Shown here: piece by piece, positions 63,576 to 64,000 of the stretch | Numbering within the stretch: the stretch's first letter is position 1 | Layout of the letters: each line of letters begins with the position of its first letter | DNA from: Sphaerodactylus townsendi | Lineage: Eukaryota | DNA: 64,000 nt | NCBI RefSeq assembly: GCF_021028975.2 | Contig: NC_059438.1 | Coordinates: 26,040,001 to 26,104,000, forward strand | Reading direction: 5' to 3' | Translations under genes and position numbers: made by a program | The notes under the pieces: model-generated | What the model was told of the DNA's origin: nothing | The model's database searches: none | What the model saw: only the letters and a program-made list of their open reading frames with translations

Positions 63576-64000
63576 AGATGCGGGCGGTGAGTCTGGTGTC
63601 ATGCCTTTTCTGCACTCTGCGCCTACCCATGGCCACTTACCAAGGCGTTTTCAGCCCCATCAGTTTGCCAAACGGTGGTGGGGGGGGCGGGGAGCAGAGG
63701 CAAGGAAAAAGGCCATTAACTTAATTGTTTCCGGGTTCCGTGACTTCCACAGGGGCAGCCAGTGGGAAGCAGGGGGGTGTAGTGGTTAGAGGTTCAGGAT
63801 AGGTCTGGCAGACCCAGGTGGGCCGCCCTGCTCTGCTTTGACAGTCGGGGGGGTGAGGGGTGAGCCCGGGGAGTAGCTGTTGGGTCTCTCCTGGGGGCGG
63901 GGGAGGAGGAGGTCCAGAAGAAGGGGGCGATGGAAAAGTTTCTCTGGGGGGGGGGGGCGGTAAAGCCCAGGATATGGGACCCATCTGAAGAGCTGTGGGG

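Overview
Vertebrate genomic DNA, GC-rich with short introns. The SINE, Penelope, CR1 and SPIN content points to a squamate, most likely a gecko (inference). The window covers a block syntenic with human 16q22-q23: the 3' half of AP1G1 (+), a very compact MARVELD3 (-), a complete TAT (+), single-coding-exon CHST4 (+), TERF2IP/RAP1 (-) and, head-to-head with it, a complete KARS1 (+). Exon boundaries were read by hand and checked for phase. Main oddities: (1) TERF2IP keeps an open 3-exon frame and an intact C-terminal RCT domain, but I find no BRCT or Myb domain (about 180-209 aa versus 399 aa in human). (2) The KARS1 mitochondrial-targeting segment starts 9 nt after the exon-1 donor, so isoform choice appears to be by alternative 5' donor behind a uORF rather than by a cassette exon. 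(3) PHLPP2 is absent from its expected slot between AP1G1 and MARVELD3, which holds possible decayed coding sequence and a 240-bp near-perfect hairpin. (4) MARVELD3 has a ~30-aa N-terminus and only one of the two alternative MARVEL exons. (5) An orphan bidirectional CpG island carries many ATF/CREB and CCAAT motifs. Also present: a Penelope-borne minimal hammerhead ribozyme motif, a 7SK fragment beside an assembly gap, a GC-AG intron, a solo LTR and several hAT MITEs with target-site duplications. Comparisons with human proteins and gene order are from memory and no searches were run.
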